Assembly (NCBI RefSeq): GCF_000021865.1
Contig: NC_014034.1
Coordinates: forward strand, 1,260,001 to 1,292,000
Origin: Rhodobacter capsulatus SB 1003
GTDB taxonomy: Bacteria > Pseudomonadota > Alphaproteobacteria > Rhodobacterales > Rhodobacteraceae
Reading direction: 5' to 3'
DNA: 32,000 nt
The translations under genes and the position numbers were made by a program. This document shows positions 22,652-32,000 of this stretch, one piece after another. The notes beneath the pieces are model-generated. The model saw only the letters and a program-made list of their open reading frames with translations, did no database searches and was not told the origin of the DNA. Within the stretch, counting starts at the first letter, position 1, and each line of letters starts with the position of its first letter.

Positions 22652-25189
22652 ATGCAGAAAATCGCCGACTTCTCCGAGTTCGTGAAACTCTCTCCCGCCG
22701 CGCCGGTGCAGGCCACCCGGCACGGCTGGCGGGCGAAATGTCTGCAACGGCTGATCCGGCTTGACCTGCCGGTGCCCACCACCGTCGCCCTGCCGGTCGA
22801 AACCGTGCGCGCCATCGCCGCCGGGCAGATGCCCGACACCGGCCGCATCGCCGCCGTCTTCGGCAGTGATTTCCTGGTCTCCGTCCGATCCTCCCCGGAA
22901 AATCCCGAATGGGGCGGGCCGGGCACGGTGCTGAATGTCGGCATGAATGACGCGATGCATGCGCGGCTTTCCGACAGCCACGGGCGCGAGGCCGCCGATG
23001 CGCTTTATCTGCGCTTCGTGCAAAGCTACGCCACCCATGTCGCGCGGCTTGACCCCGACATGTTCCACGCCGGGCCGGGCGAAGGCGCGCTGGCCGCCGC
23101 GCTTTCGGCCTATCACGCCGAAACCGACGAGCCCTTTCCGCAGGACCCCGCCCGGCAGCTGGCCGAGGTGCTGCGCTCGATGGCGCGGGCCTGGGAAGGC
23201 ACGACGGCGCGGCTCTTGCGCCAGGCCAAGGGGGCGCCGCCCGATGCGGTGCTGGGCCTTCTGGTGCAGCGCATGGCCTTGGGGATCGGGCCGGGGATTT
23301 CCGGCTCCGGCACGATGCAGTTTGTCGACAGCGTCACCGGGGCGCCGCGGATCATGGGGCGGTTTCGCGGCCAGTCACAGGGGCGCGCGATTTCCGATGA
23401 CACGCTGTTTCTGACCCGCGATCCGCGCGGGCTCTCGCTCGAGGAACTCGCGCCCGAGATTTTCGCGGTGCTCTGCGGCTATGGCTCTGCCTGCCGGGCG
23501 CGGCTGCGCGAGGAAATGCAGCTGGAATTCGCCATTGAAGGCGGGCGGATTTCGGTGATCGACACGGTGCGGGTGGCGCGCTCGGCCCGGGCGACGGTGA
23601 AGATCGCGGTGGCTTTGGCCGAGGACGGGATCATCACCCGCGAAGATGCGCTCTTGCGGGTCGAACCCCGGGCGCTGACGGAACTGCTGCATTATCAGGT
23701 CGATCCGCGGGCGCCGCGCGACCGTTTTGCCCGTGGCATCGCGGCCAGCCCCGGCGCCGCCGTGGGCCGGATCGTCTTCACCGCCGCCGCCGCCCAGGCC
23801 AGCGCCGCCCGCGGCGAGCCCTGTATCCTTGTGCGCCGCGAAACCGGGCCCGAGGATATCCGCGGCATGCATGCGGCCGTGGCCGTGCTGACCGAACGCG
23901 GCGGCATGACCAGCCACGCCGCGGTGATCGCCCGCGGTCTCGGGCTGCCCTGCATCGTCGGCTGCACCGAGGTCCATATCAATTCCCGCGACCGCAGTTT
24001 GCGCGGCCCCGATGGCCGGACCTTCCTTGAGGGCGAGCTGATCACCGTCGATGGCAGCAATGGCGAGGTGCTGGCGGGCACGGCGGAAATGCTGGAACCG
24101 GCGCTGGATGACGGGTTCCGCACGCTCTTGCGCTGGGCCGAGACGGTCTGCGACATCGGCATTCGCGCCAATGCCGACACGCCCGACGATGCCCGCACGG
24201 CGCGGATGTTTGACGCCGACGGCATCGGGCTATGCCGGACCGAGCACATGTTCTTTGACGAAGACCGGCTGACGGTGATGCGCGAGATGATCTTTGCCGA
24301 TACGCCGAATGACCGGCGGGTGGCGCTCGATCGTCTGCTGCCGATGCAACGCGCGGATTTCATTGCGCTTTTCGACATCATGGCGGGGCTGCCCGTCTGC
24401 ATCCGGCTGTTCGATCCGCCGCTGCACGAATTCCTGCCGCATGACCGCGAGGGGATGCGCGAGCTGGCCGAGGCGCTGGACCGGCCGCTCTCCGAGGTCA
24501 CGCGGCGCGTCGAGGCTTTGTCGGAATTCAACCCGATGCTGGGGATGCGCGGCGTGCGTCTGGGCGTCACCGTGCCGGAAATCTACGACATGCAGGCCCG
24601 CGCGATCTTTGAAGCCACGGTCGAGGCCAGCCGCCGCGGTGCTCCGGTGGTGCCCGAGGTGATGATCCCGCTTGTGTCCGCCGCGCGCGAGGTCGAGATC
24701 GTCAAGACCCGCATCGATGCCGTCGCCAGCGCCGTGCGCACCGAGATGAAGGCCGATTTCGCCTATCGTCTGGGGGTGATGGTGGAAACCCCGCGGGCCG
24801 CGCTGCGGGCGGGCGAGATCGCGCAACATACGCATTTCCTGTCCTTCGGCACCAACGACCTGACGCAGATGACCTATGGGCTGTCGCGCGACGATGCGGG
24901 CCGGTTCATGTCGACCTATGTCAACCAGCATGTCTATGCCGAGGACCCCTTCCACATCCTCGATGTCGAAGGGGTGGGGGAACTTCTGCTCATGGGGGCC
25001 TCGCGGGGCAGGGCGGCGCGGCATGACGTGACGATCTCGGTCTGCGGCGAACATGGCGGCAACCCCGAATCAATCGCCTTCTGCCGGGCCGCCGGATTCG
25101 ATTACGTGTCCTGTTCACCTTTCAGGGTGCCGGTTGCCCGGCTGGCAGGCGCACATTTCGCGCTTCTGGCGCCGCGGAATCGATTCTGA
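22652..25189 (+). CDS. Pyruvate,phosphate dikinase-like PEP-utilising enzyme (divergent N-terminal domain)
   Basis: The phosphohistidine motif GGMTSHAAVIARGLGLPCIVG is present. The PEP/pyruvate domain motifs are intact (GIGLCRTEHMFF, DPPLHEFLPH, NPMLGMRGVRL, FLSFGTNDLTQMTYGLSRDD, CGEHGGNP, YVSCSPFRVPVARLA). The N-terminal ATP-grasp motifs are altered (see findings). Confidence 0.8.
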   Translation: MQKIADFSEFVKLSPAAPVQATRHGWRAKCLQRLIRLDLPVPTTVALPVETVRAIAAGQMPDTGRIAAVFGSDFLVSVRSSPENPEWGGPGTVLNVGMNDAMHARLSDSHGREAADALYLRFVQSYATHVARLDPDMFHAGPGEGALAAALSAYHAETDEPFPQDPARQLAEVLRSMARAWEGTTARLLRQAKGAPPDAVLGLLVQRMALGIGPGISGSGTMQFVDSVTGAPRIMGRFRGQSQGRAISDDTLFLTRDPRGLSLEELAPEIFAVLCGYGSACRARLREEMQLEFAIEGGRISVIDTVRVARSARATVKIAVALAEDGIITREDALLRVEPRALTELLHYQVDPRAPRDRFARGIAASPGAAVGRIVFTAAAAQASAARGEPCILVRRETGPEDIRGMHAAVAVLTERGGMTSHAAVIARGLGLPCIVGCTEVHINSRDRSLRGPDGRTFLEGELITVDGSNGEVLAGTAEMLEPALDDGFRTLLRWAETVCDIGIRANADTPDDARTARMFDADGIGLCRTEHMFFDEDRLTVMREMIFADTPNDRRVALDRLLPMQRADFIALFDIMAGLPVCIRLFDPPLHEFLPHDREGMRELAEALDRPLSEVTRRVEALSEFNPMLGMRGVRLGVTVPEIYDMQARAIFEATVEASRRGAPVVPEVMIPLVSAAREVEIVKTRIDAVASAVRTEMKADFAYRLGVMVETPRAALRAGEIAQHTHFLSFGTNDLTQMTYGLSRDDAGRFMSTYVNQHVYAEDPFHILDVEGVGELLLMGASRGRAARHDVTISVCGEHGGNPESIAFCRAAGFDYVSCSPFRVPVARLAGAHFALLAPRNRF

Positions 25190-25433
25190 CGCAAAATGTT
25201 GCGTGAATTTAGGGTTAACAGAACAAAAGCTCTGGCGTTTTTCCTGCGTTACCTTTAGTCGCATTCAGTAACCCGAGGGGTGAGTCGTGCCCCTCTCTTG
25301 CGCGGATTTCCGCCGCTTTCGCGGTGGAACTGGTCCGCGTGCTTTCGTGTGGTGGACAAATCCTGCCCGGCTGGGCTATGCCCGTGCCGTCGCGGCCCCG
25401 GGCCGGGGCGATTGTCCTTATCGAAAGAAGATC

Positions 25434-26135
25434 ATGTCAGTGCTGAAAAGCTGGACGGGGGGGATGCTCATCCTCCTGGCCCTCGCCGGAGGCTCGCGTG
25501 CCGAAACGACGGTAAGCCAGTCGAACGATCCCACGGCGGTTGCCGAGCAGGGGCTGATGCAGCTGCTGTTTCAGGAGCGGGTCGGTCTGCAATCGGTGCC
25601 GGCCGACCGGGTGGCGGCGATCACTGCCGCGCCGGTGCCGCGCAGCTGGCCTTGGCAACGGGAAAAGGCCGTCGTGGCCCCCGCGGCGATCAACGCAAGC
25701 TGGCTGGCGCTGCAGCCCCGCGCGCGCGGCGATGCGCAATTCGAATGTCTGGCCCAGACGATCTATCACGAGGCCCGCGGCGAGACCCTGCAGGGTCAGG
25801 TGGCGGTGGCCGAGGTGGTGCTGAACCGGCTGGACGATCCGCGGTTTCCGAAGACGATCTGCGGTGTGGTCGGGCAGGGCGGGCGCGGCGGCTGCGCCTT
25901 CAGCTGGACCTGTGACGGGCGCCCGGATCAGGCGGCCGACCGCGAGGCCTGGGATCAGGCGGCGAAAATCGCCCGGGCGATGATCGATGGCGCGCCGCGG
26001 CGGCTGACCGATGGCGCCACCTTCTTCCACACCGTCGGCGTGCGTCCGACCTGGACGCGCAGCTATCAGCGCACCGCGAAAATCGGGGCGCATACGTTCT
26101 ACCGCCGCCCGCTGCAGACCGCGGCGGTCCGCTGA
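25434..26135 (+). CDS. SleB-like cell wall hydrolase (Hydrolase_2 family)
   Basis: Start chosen at ATG 25434, giving the signal peptide MSVLKSWTGGMLILLALAGGSRA. Family motifs are present (ECLAQTIYHEARGETLQGQVAVAEVVLNRLDDPRFPKTICGVV, CAFSWTCDG, ATFFH). The track ORF from GTG 25287 is probably over-extended. Confidence 0.8.
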   Translation: MSVLKSWTGGMLILLALAGGSRAETTVSQSNDPTAVAEQGLMQLLFQERVGLQSVPADRVAAITAAPVPRSWPWQREKAVVAPAAINASWLALQPRARGDAQFECLAQTIYHEARGETLQGQVAVAEVVLNRLDDPRFPKTICGVVGQGGRGGCAFSWTCDGRPDQAADREAWDQAAKIARAMIDGAPRRLTDGATFFHTVGVRPTWTRSYQRTAKIGAHTFYRRPLQTAAVR

Positions 26136-26164
26136 GGTCGCAACCGCATGCGCGCATGACGTTT

Positions 26165-26191
26165 CGGGGTGGGCTTCGGTTTGCCCCGTTT
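26165..26191 (+). terminator. Candidate rho-independent terminator after the hydrolase gene
   Basis: CGGGGTGGGC-TTCG-GTTTGCCCCG forms a 10-bp stem (four G-U pairs) with a UUCG tetraloop, followed by TTTCTATATCT. It lies 30 nt after the stop. Confidence 0.45.
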
Positions 26192-26219
26192 CTATATCTG
26201 GGGGCGAAAGGTGGCCTTC

Positions 26220-27131
26220 ATGCACTCCGACACGTCTCTTGCCTTCGCCCATCCCGAAGAGCGCGCGCTGGCCTCGGCGCCCGCCGATCCGCGCGACCGG
26301 ATCAGCCTGCGCGACCATGTCGTGCTGGCCGATATCGGCGCCTTTCAGCAGGAACGCGGCCATGGCCAGCGGCTGAATTTCAATGTCGTGGTCGAGGTGA
26401 CGCCGGAAACCGGCCCGCTTGAAGACGATGTGGACCGCATCCTGTCTTATGACCGCATCACCGAGGCGATTGCCGCGGAATTGGCGGCGGAACGGCTCAA
26501 CCTGCTGGAAACGCTGGCGGAACGGGTGGCAGAGCGGATCCTGGCGCAGCCCCGCGCGATGCGGGTTTTCGTGCGGATCGAGAAGCTGGACCGCGGCCCC
26601 GGGGCGCTTGGGGTGGAAATCGTGCGCGCGCGGGCCTCGGTGCCGGTGAAGGCGCTTGATGACGAGGCGACGCTGCATCCGGTCGTGGCCTTCCTCTCGA
26701 ATGACGTCATCGCGGCGCCGGATCTGGCGGCGCGGCTTGACCGGCTGGCGGCCTCGGGGGCGCCGGTGATTCTGGCGGTGGGCATGCCCGCCGTGCCCCC
26801 GCCCGAGACCGGGCACCGGCCGACGCAGCGGCGCATCGATCTGCTCGCGATCGAGCAGAACGCCTGGGTGCTGGCGGCGCGCGATCCGCGCTGCGTGGTG
26901 GTGGCGACCCGAACCGAGATCGACTGGGCGATGCGGCGCGGCCAGATGCTGGTCTGGGCGCCCTCGAAGATCGTTCTGGATGCCGTCGATGGCCCCAAGG
27001 GCGCCGTGCGCGACACCGGCACGCTGATCCTGTGGCTGGCCGAACAGATGGCGGCGACCCGGCTCGAGCTTCACGGGGATGTTTCAGCCCCGGCGGGAAG
27101 TCGCGTGCCGGTTGTTGCGATCGACCGTTAA
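26220..27131 (+). CDS. folB: Dihydroneopterin aldolase (FolB) domain fused to an unrecognised C-terminal domain of about 170 aa
   Basis: The ATG at 26220 is preceded by GAAAGGTGG. The N-terminal part has FolB-like features (DRISLRDHVVLADIGAFQQERGHGQRLNFNVVVEV, SYDRITEAI, VRIEKLD). It lies immediately upstream of folP. The C-terminal half matches no family I recognise. Confidence 0.7.
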   Translation: MHSDTSLAFAHPEERALASAPADPRDRISLRDHVVLADIGAFQQERGHGQRLNFNVVVEVTPETGPLEDDVDRILSYDRITEAIAAELAAERLNLLETLAERVAERILAQPRAMRVFVRIEKLDRGPGALGVEIVRARASVPVKALDDEATLHPVVAFLSNDVIAAPDLAARLDRLAASGAPVILAVGMPAVPPPETGHRPTQRRIDLLAIEQNAWVLAARDPRCVVVATRTEIDWAMRRGQMLVWAPSKIVLDAVDGPKGAVRDTGTLILWLAEQMAATRLELHGDVSAPAGSRVPVVAIDR

Positions 27132-27179
27132 GCATCGCTTCACCTTGCCAAGCGGCGGCTCTTTGGCGAAGAGAGACGC

Positions 27180-28196
27180 ATGAAGATCTTTTATCGCCCG
27201 ATTGCCCAGACCGATGCCCTGCGTCCTGCGGGGTCGCTGCCGCTGGCAGGCGGCTGGTGCTGGTTCACCCATGCCGAGGCGCTGACGCGCGCGGGCTCGC
27301 AAGGGCTTGTGCCGGCCTCGGACATCCCGTCCGAGCTGCTGGAGCGGCTGACCGCGCCGCGCCCGGCCCTGGCCGGGGTGGGCTTTGACCGCCCCTCGGT
27401 CATGGGGATCCTGAACGTGACTCCCGACAGCTTTTCCGATGGCGGCCGGTTCGACGCGCCCGAGGCGGCGCTGGCCCAGGCGCAGGCCCTGGCGGCCGCG
27501 GGGGCCGACATTCTGGACATCGGCGGCGAGTCGACCCGCCCCGGCGCGGCGGAAGTGCCTGTCGCGGAAGAGATTTCCCGCACCGCCCCGGTGATTGCGG
27601 CGCTGCGCGCGCAGGGCTTCGCGCTGCCCGTTTCCATCGACACCCGCAAGGCCCCGGTGGCCGCGGCAGCCGTGGCGGCGGGGGCGGGGCTGGTGAACGA
27701 TGTTTCCGCGATGCTTTTCGATCCGGCGATGGCCGCGACGGTGGCGGGATCGGGGGCGGCCCTGTGCCTGATGCATGCGCAGGGCACGCCCGCGACGATG
27801 CAGGCCGAGCCGCGCTATGACGATGTGCTGCTGGACGTCTACGACCATCTGGAGGCGCGCTTGCTGGCCGCCGAGGCGGCGGGGATCGACCGCGCCCGGG
27901 TGCTGCTGGACCCCGGCATCGGCTTTGGCAAGACCGTCGCGCATAATCTGGCGCTCTTGCGCGGGCTCTCGCTCTTTCACGGTCTGGGCTGCCCGATCCT
28001 GCTGGGCGTCTCGCGCAAGCGCTTCATCGGCACCATCGCGGGGGTCGATCAGGCCGATGCCCGCGCGCCCGGCACGCTCTCTGTGACGCTGGCGGGGCTG
28101 ATGCAGGGGGTGCAGATGCACCGGGTGCACGATGTTGCGGAAGTTTCTCAGGGAATTCGACTTTTCGATGCCATCACAAGGGGTTATACGCCATGA
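27180..28196 (+). CDS. folP: Dihydropteroate synthase
   Basis: [44 protein letters not shown] and GVSRKRFIG motifs are present. There is an N-terminal leader of about 70 aa before the conserved core. The stop overlaps the glmM start (ATGA). Confidence 0.9.
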   Translation: MKIFYRPIAQTDALRPAGSLPLAGGWCWFTHAEALTRAGSQGLVPASDIPSELLERLTAPRPALAGVGFDRPSVMGILNVTPDSFSDGGRFDAPEAALAQAQALAAAGADILDIGGESTRPGAAEVPVAEEISRTAPVIAALRAQGFALPVSIDTRKAPVAAAAVAAGAGLVNDVSAMLFDPAMAATVAGSGAALCLMHAQGTPATMQAEPRYDDVLLDVYDHLEARLLAAEAAGIDRARVLLDPGIGFGKTVAHNLALLRGLSLFHGLGCPILLGVSRKRFIGTIAGVDQADARAPGTLSVTLAGLMQGVQMHRVHDVAEVSQGIRLFDAITRGYTP

Positions 28197-29539
28197 CGCG
28201 GAAACTTTTCGGCACTGACGGGGTGCGGGGCGAGGCCAACAGCTGGCCGATGACGGCCGAGATGGCGCTGAAACTGGGCGCGGCAGCGGGGCGGTATTTC
28301 CGCCGCGACGGCCGCAACGGGCATCGGGTGGTGATCGGCAAGGACACCCGGCTTTCGGGCTACATGCTGGAAAACGCGCTGACGGCGGGGCTGACCTCGA
28401 CCGGGATGAACGTGCTGCTCCTCGGCCCGGTGCCGACGCCCGCGGTGGGCTATCTGACGCGCTCGATGCGGGCGGATCTGGGGATCATGATCTCGGCCAG
28501 CCACAACCCGGCAAAGGACAACGGAATCAAGTTCTTCGGCCCCGATGGCTTCAAGCTGTCGGACGAGGCCGAGCTGGAGATCGAGGCGCTGGTGGCGGGC
28601 GAGATCCGCCTGGCGCAGCCGATGAACATTGGCCGGGCGAAGCGGATCGACGACGGGCTGGGGCGCTATGTCGAATATGCCAAGACCACCTTTCCGGCGC
28701 GCGACCGGCTGGCCGGGCTGAAAGTGGTGATCGATTGCGCCCATGGCGCCGCCTACAAGGCTGCGCCGCAGGTGCTGTGGGAGCTGGGCTGCGAGGTGAT
28801 CGAGATCGGCACCAAGCCCAACGGTCTGAACATCAACGACAAATGCGGCTCGACCCACACCCGGGCCGCGGCCGAGGCGGTGGTGGCGCATGGGGCGGAT
28901 CTGGGGATCTCGCTTGATGGCGATGCCGACCGGGTGATGATCCTGGACGAGAACGGGCTGGTGGCCGATGGCGATCAGATCATGGCGCTCTTTGCGGCGC
29001 GTTGGGCCGAGGCGGGGCTTTTGCGCGGCGGCGCGCTGGTGGCCACGGTGATGTCGAACCTGGGGCTGGAGCGCTTCCTGACCGGGCGGGGGCTGGCGCT
29101 GGAGCGCACGGCCGTCGGCGATCGCTATGTGGTCGAGCGGATGCGCGCGGGCGGTTTCAACCTGGGCGGCGAGCAATCGGGCCATATCGTGATGACCGAT
29201 TATGCGACGACGGGCGACGGTCTGATGGCCGGGCTGCAGTTTCTGGCGGCGATGGCCGAGACCGGAAAGCCCGCCTCGGAGCTGACGCGGCAATTCGAGA
29301 CCGTGCCGCAGATGTTGAAAAACGTAAAGTTCAAGGCCGGTCAGGCGCCGCTTGACAACGAAAATGTTCGAAAAGTGATCGCCGAGGCCGAGGGCAAGAT
29401 CGCCGGTCAGGGCCGGATCCTGATCCGCAAATCCGGGACCGAGCCGCTCATTCGGGTGATGGCCGAATGCGAGGATGCCGGGCTTCTGACGGAAACGGTC
29501 GAGGGGATCGTGGCGGCGGTGGAACAGGCCACCGCCTGA
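28193..29539 (+). CDS. glmM: Phosphoglucosamine mutase
   Basis: [17 protein letters not shown]-terminus, the phosphoserine loop [20 protein letters not shown] and GGEQSGH motifs. 448 aa. Confidence 0.95.
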   Translation: MTRKLFGTDGVRGEANSWPMTAEMALKLGAAAGRYFRRDGRNGHRVVIGKDTRLSGYMLENALTAGLTSTGMNVLLLGPVPTPAVGYLTRSMRADLGIMISASHNPAKDNGIKFFGPDGFKLSDEAELEIEALVAGEIRLAQPMNIGRAKRIDDGLGRYVEYAKTTFPARDRLAGLKVVIDCAHGAAYKAAPQVLWELGCEVIEIGTKPNGLNINDKCGSTHTRAAAEAVVAHGADLGISLDGDADRVMILDENGLVADGDQIMALFAARWAEAGLLRGGALVATVMSNLGLERFLTGRGLALERTAVGDRYVVERMRAGGFNLGGEQSGHIVMTDYATTGDGLMAGLQFLAAMAETGKPASELTRQFETVPQMLKNVKFKAGQAPLDNENVRKVIAEAEGKIAGQGRILIRKSGTEPLIRVMAECEDAGLLTETVEGIVAAVEQATA

Positions 29540-29542
29540 GGA

Positions 29543-29911
29543 TCACAGCATGACGGCCGTGCCGAGCCCGCAAAGCGCGATCGCGGCCGTCAGCACCAGC
29601 CCCGCGACCGGATAGCCGCCGCGAACGCCGATCCGCAACAGCGCCTGCAGCACGCCCAGCGTCCAAAGCCCGTAAAGCCCGGCGACAAGGCGAAAGAGCG
29701 GCCGCAGGCCCCCGGGCGCCTGCGCGTAGATCAGCCCGCCCAGCAGCACCACGGCGGGCACGACAAACAGCATCACGCCGAAAAGCCCAAGCCAGAATGT
29801 GTCGCCAAATTCAAGCCTTGCACCGAAAAGATCGGCAAACCAGCCGGGGGTGAAGATCTTGGCGCGCTCGACCGCCAGCGCCGCAAGCTGCTTTTCGTTC
29901 AATTCGCTCAT
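29543..29911 (-). CDS. Hypothetical small integral membrane protein (about 3 TM helices)
   Basis: Start chosen at ATG 29911 (MSELNEKQLAAL), preceded by a strong AAAGGAGAG RBS. Hydrophobic segments are FWLGLFGVMLFVVPAVVLLGGLIY, LFRLVAGLYGLWTLGVLQALL and PVAGLVLTAAIALCGLG. It is convergent with glmM across a 3-bp gap. Confidence 0.6.
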   Translation of the reverse strand: MSELNEKQLAALAVERAKIFTPGWFADLFGARLEFGDTFWLGLFGVMLFVVPAVVLLGGLIYAQAPGGLRPLFRLVAGLYGLWTLGVLQALLRIGVRGGYPVAGLVLTAAIALCGLGTAVML

Positions 29912-29940
29912 CGGGCTCTCCTTTGGCCCAAGCCTGAACG

Positions 29941-29967
29941 AAAAAGGGGCGCCCCGCAAGGCGCCCC
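29941..29967 (-). terminator. Rho-independent terminator of ilvC
   Basis: On the minus strand GGGGCGCC-TTGCGG-GGCGCCCC (29946-29967) is followed by TTTTT (29941-29945). It starts 22 nt after the ilvC stop. Confidence 0.65.
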
Positions 29968-29988
29968 CCGTGTTCCCTTGCGCAAGGC

Positions 29989-31590
<1,602 letters not shown>

Positions 31591-31594
<4 letters not shown>

Positions 31595-32000
31595 TCGCGC
31601 TCGATGACATTGACCGGGCGTTTTTGCGGGCGCTTTCCGAGGATGCGACGCTGGGCGCGGGCGAGCTTGGCCGCCGCTTCGGGCTGTCGCAGCCTGCGGC
31701 CTGGCGGCGGGTGAAGCGGCTCGAGGAGGGGGGGGTGATCGCCGGGCGGCGGCTGGTGCTGGACCGCCAGGCGCTCGGTTTTGGCGTCACCGTGTTTCTG
31801 GGCATCAAGCTGGCCACCAAGGGGCGGATTTCCTTCGAGGATTTCGAGCGCGCCGTGCAGGCGATCCCTGAGGTGCAGGTGGTGCAGCATGTTCTTGGCC
31901 GCTTCGATTACCGGCTGCGGGTCGGCGCGCGCGACATTGCCGATTTCGAACGCGTGCTGCGCCGCCGCATCATGACCCTGCCCGGGGTCGGGCAGATCGA
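31591..32000 (+). CDS. Second Lrp/AsnC-family transcriptional regulator (3' end lies outside the window)
   Basis: The GTG at 31591 overlaps the upstream stop (GTGA). My translation is VIALDDIDRAFLRALSEDATLGAGELGRRFGLSQPAAWRRVKRLEEGGVIAGRRLVLDRQALGFGVTVFLGIKL.... The frame is open to the window end. It is absent from the track because no stop is reached. Confidence 0.75.

Noticed and set aside
13344-25189. The idea that pyruvate carboxylase and the PPDK-like PEP-utilising enzyme belong functionally to the phosphonate locus, for example through PEP mutase-type phosphonate biosynthesis.
   Set aside because: No PEP mutase or phosphonopyruvate decarboxylase motifs were seen. pyc is separated from phnM by a strong hairpin and is convergent with it. 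The PPDK-like gene is 9 kb away behind glyQS. Plain housekeeping anaplerotic genes is the simpler reading.
25326-25349. An ECF/EcfG-type promoter, GGAAC-N15-CGTG, upstream of the SleB-like hydrolase.
   Set aside because: The spacing is 1-2 nt shorter than the usual GGAAC-N16/17-CGTT, and the -10 element matches only 3 of 4 positions. This is too weak to call as a feature, so it is kept only as a hypothesis within the leader finding.
26136-26219. A possible folate (THF-type) riboswitch upstream of folB, or another riboswitch upstream of the hydrolase gene.
   Set aside because: The folB spacer is only 84 bp and is largely taken up by a terminator-like hairpin plus the RBS. I could not recognise conserved cores of THF, THF-II or other riboswitch classes by eye. 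An Infernal/Rfam scan is needed to be certain.

Overview
High-GC (roughly two-thirds G+C by eye) chromosomal window that looks alphaproteobacterial, probably Rhodobacteraceae-like; the taxon is an inference from gene content and codon style. Positions 1-13.3 kb hold a complete C-P lyase phosphonate-utilisation locus in several transcription units. These are phnC-phnD-phnE-phnE plus a hexapeptide-repeat transferase (+), phnF (-, convergent and overlapping), phnGHIJKLN (+, divergent from phnF), a DUF1045-type 2H-phosphoesterase gene (-, convergent and overlapping phnN), and phnM (+, divergent). No phnO or phnP homologue is visible. Positions 13.3-32 kb are housekeeping genes: pyruvate carboxylase, a SPOR/PG-binding protein with a trypsin-like domain, glyQ, a small wedged ORF, glyS, a PPDK paralogue, a SleB-like cell-wall hydrolase, folB (extended), folP, glmM, a small membrane protein, ilvC, and two tandem Lrp/AsnC regulators. 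Many neighbouring genes are translationally coupled through ATGA, GTGA or TGATG overlaps. I recognised no rRNA, tRNA, CRISPR array, transposase, integrase or IS element. I found no convincing evidence for a wholly new multi-gene system. The leads most worth follow-up are: (1) a 40-codon antisense membrane ORF in an unusual 153-bp phnI-phnJ gap; (2) an in-frame low-GC segment inside essential glyS, including a 198-bp unit bounded by a 7-bp direct repeat; (3) a SPOR/PG-binding protein whose trypsin-like domain has all three catalytic positions substituted; (4) the LbH transferase and the 2H phosphoesterase as candidate replacements for PhnO and PhnP; (5) a PPDK paralogue with degenerate nucleotide-binding motifs; (6) FolB fused to an unrecognised C-terminal domain. 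All family assignments come from recognising motifs in the supplied translations. No database search was run.
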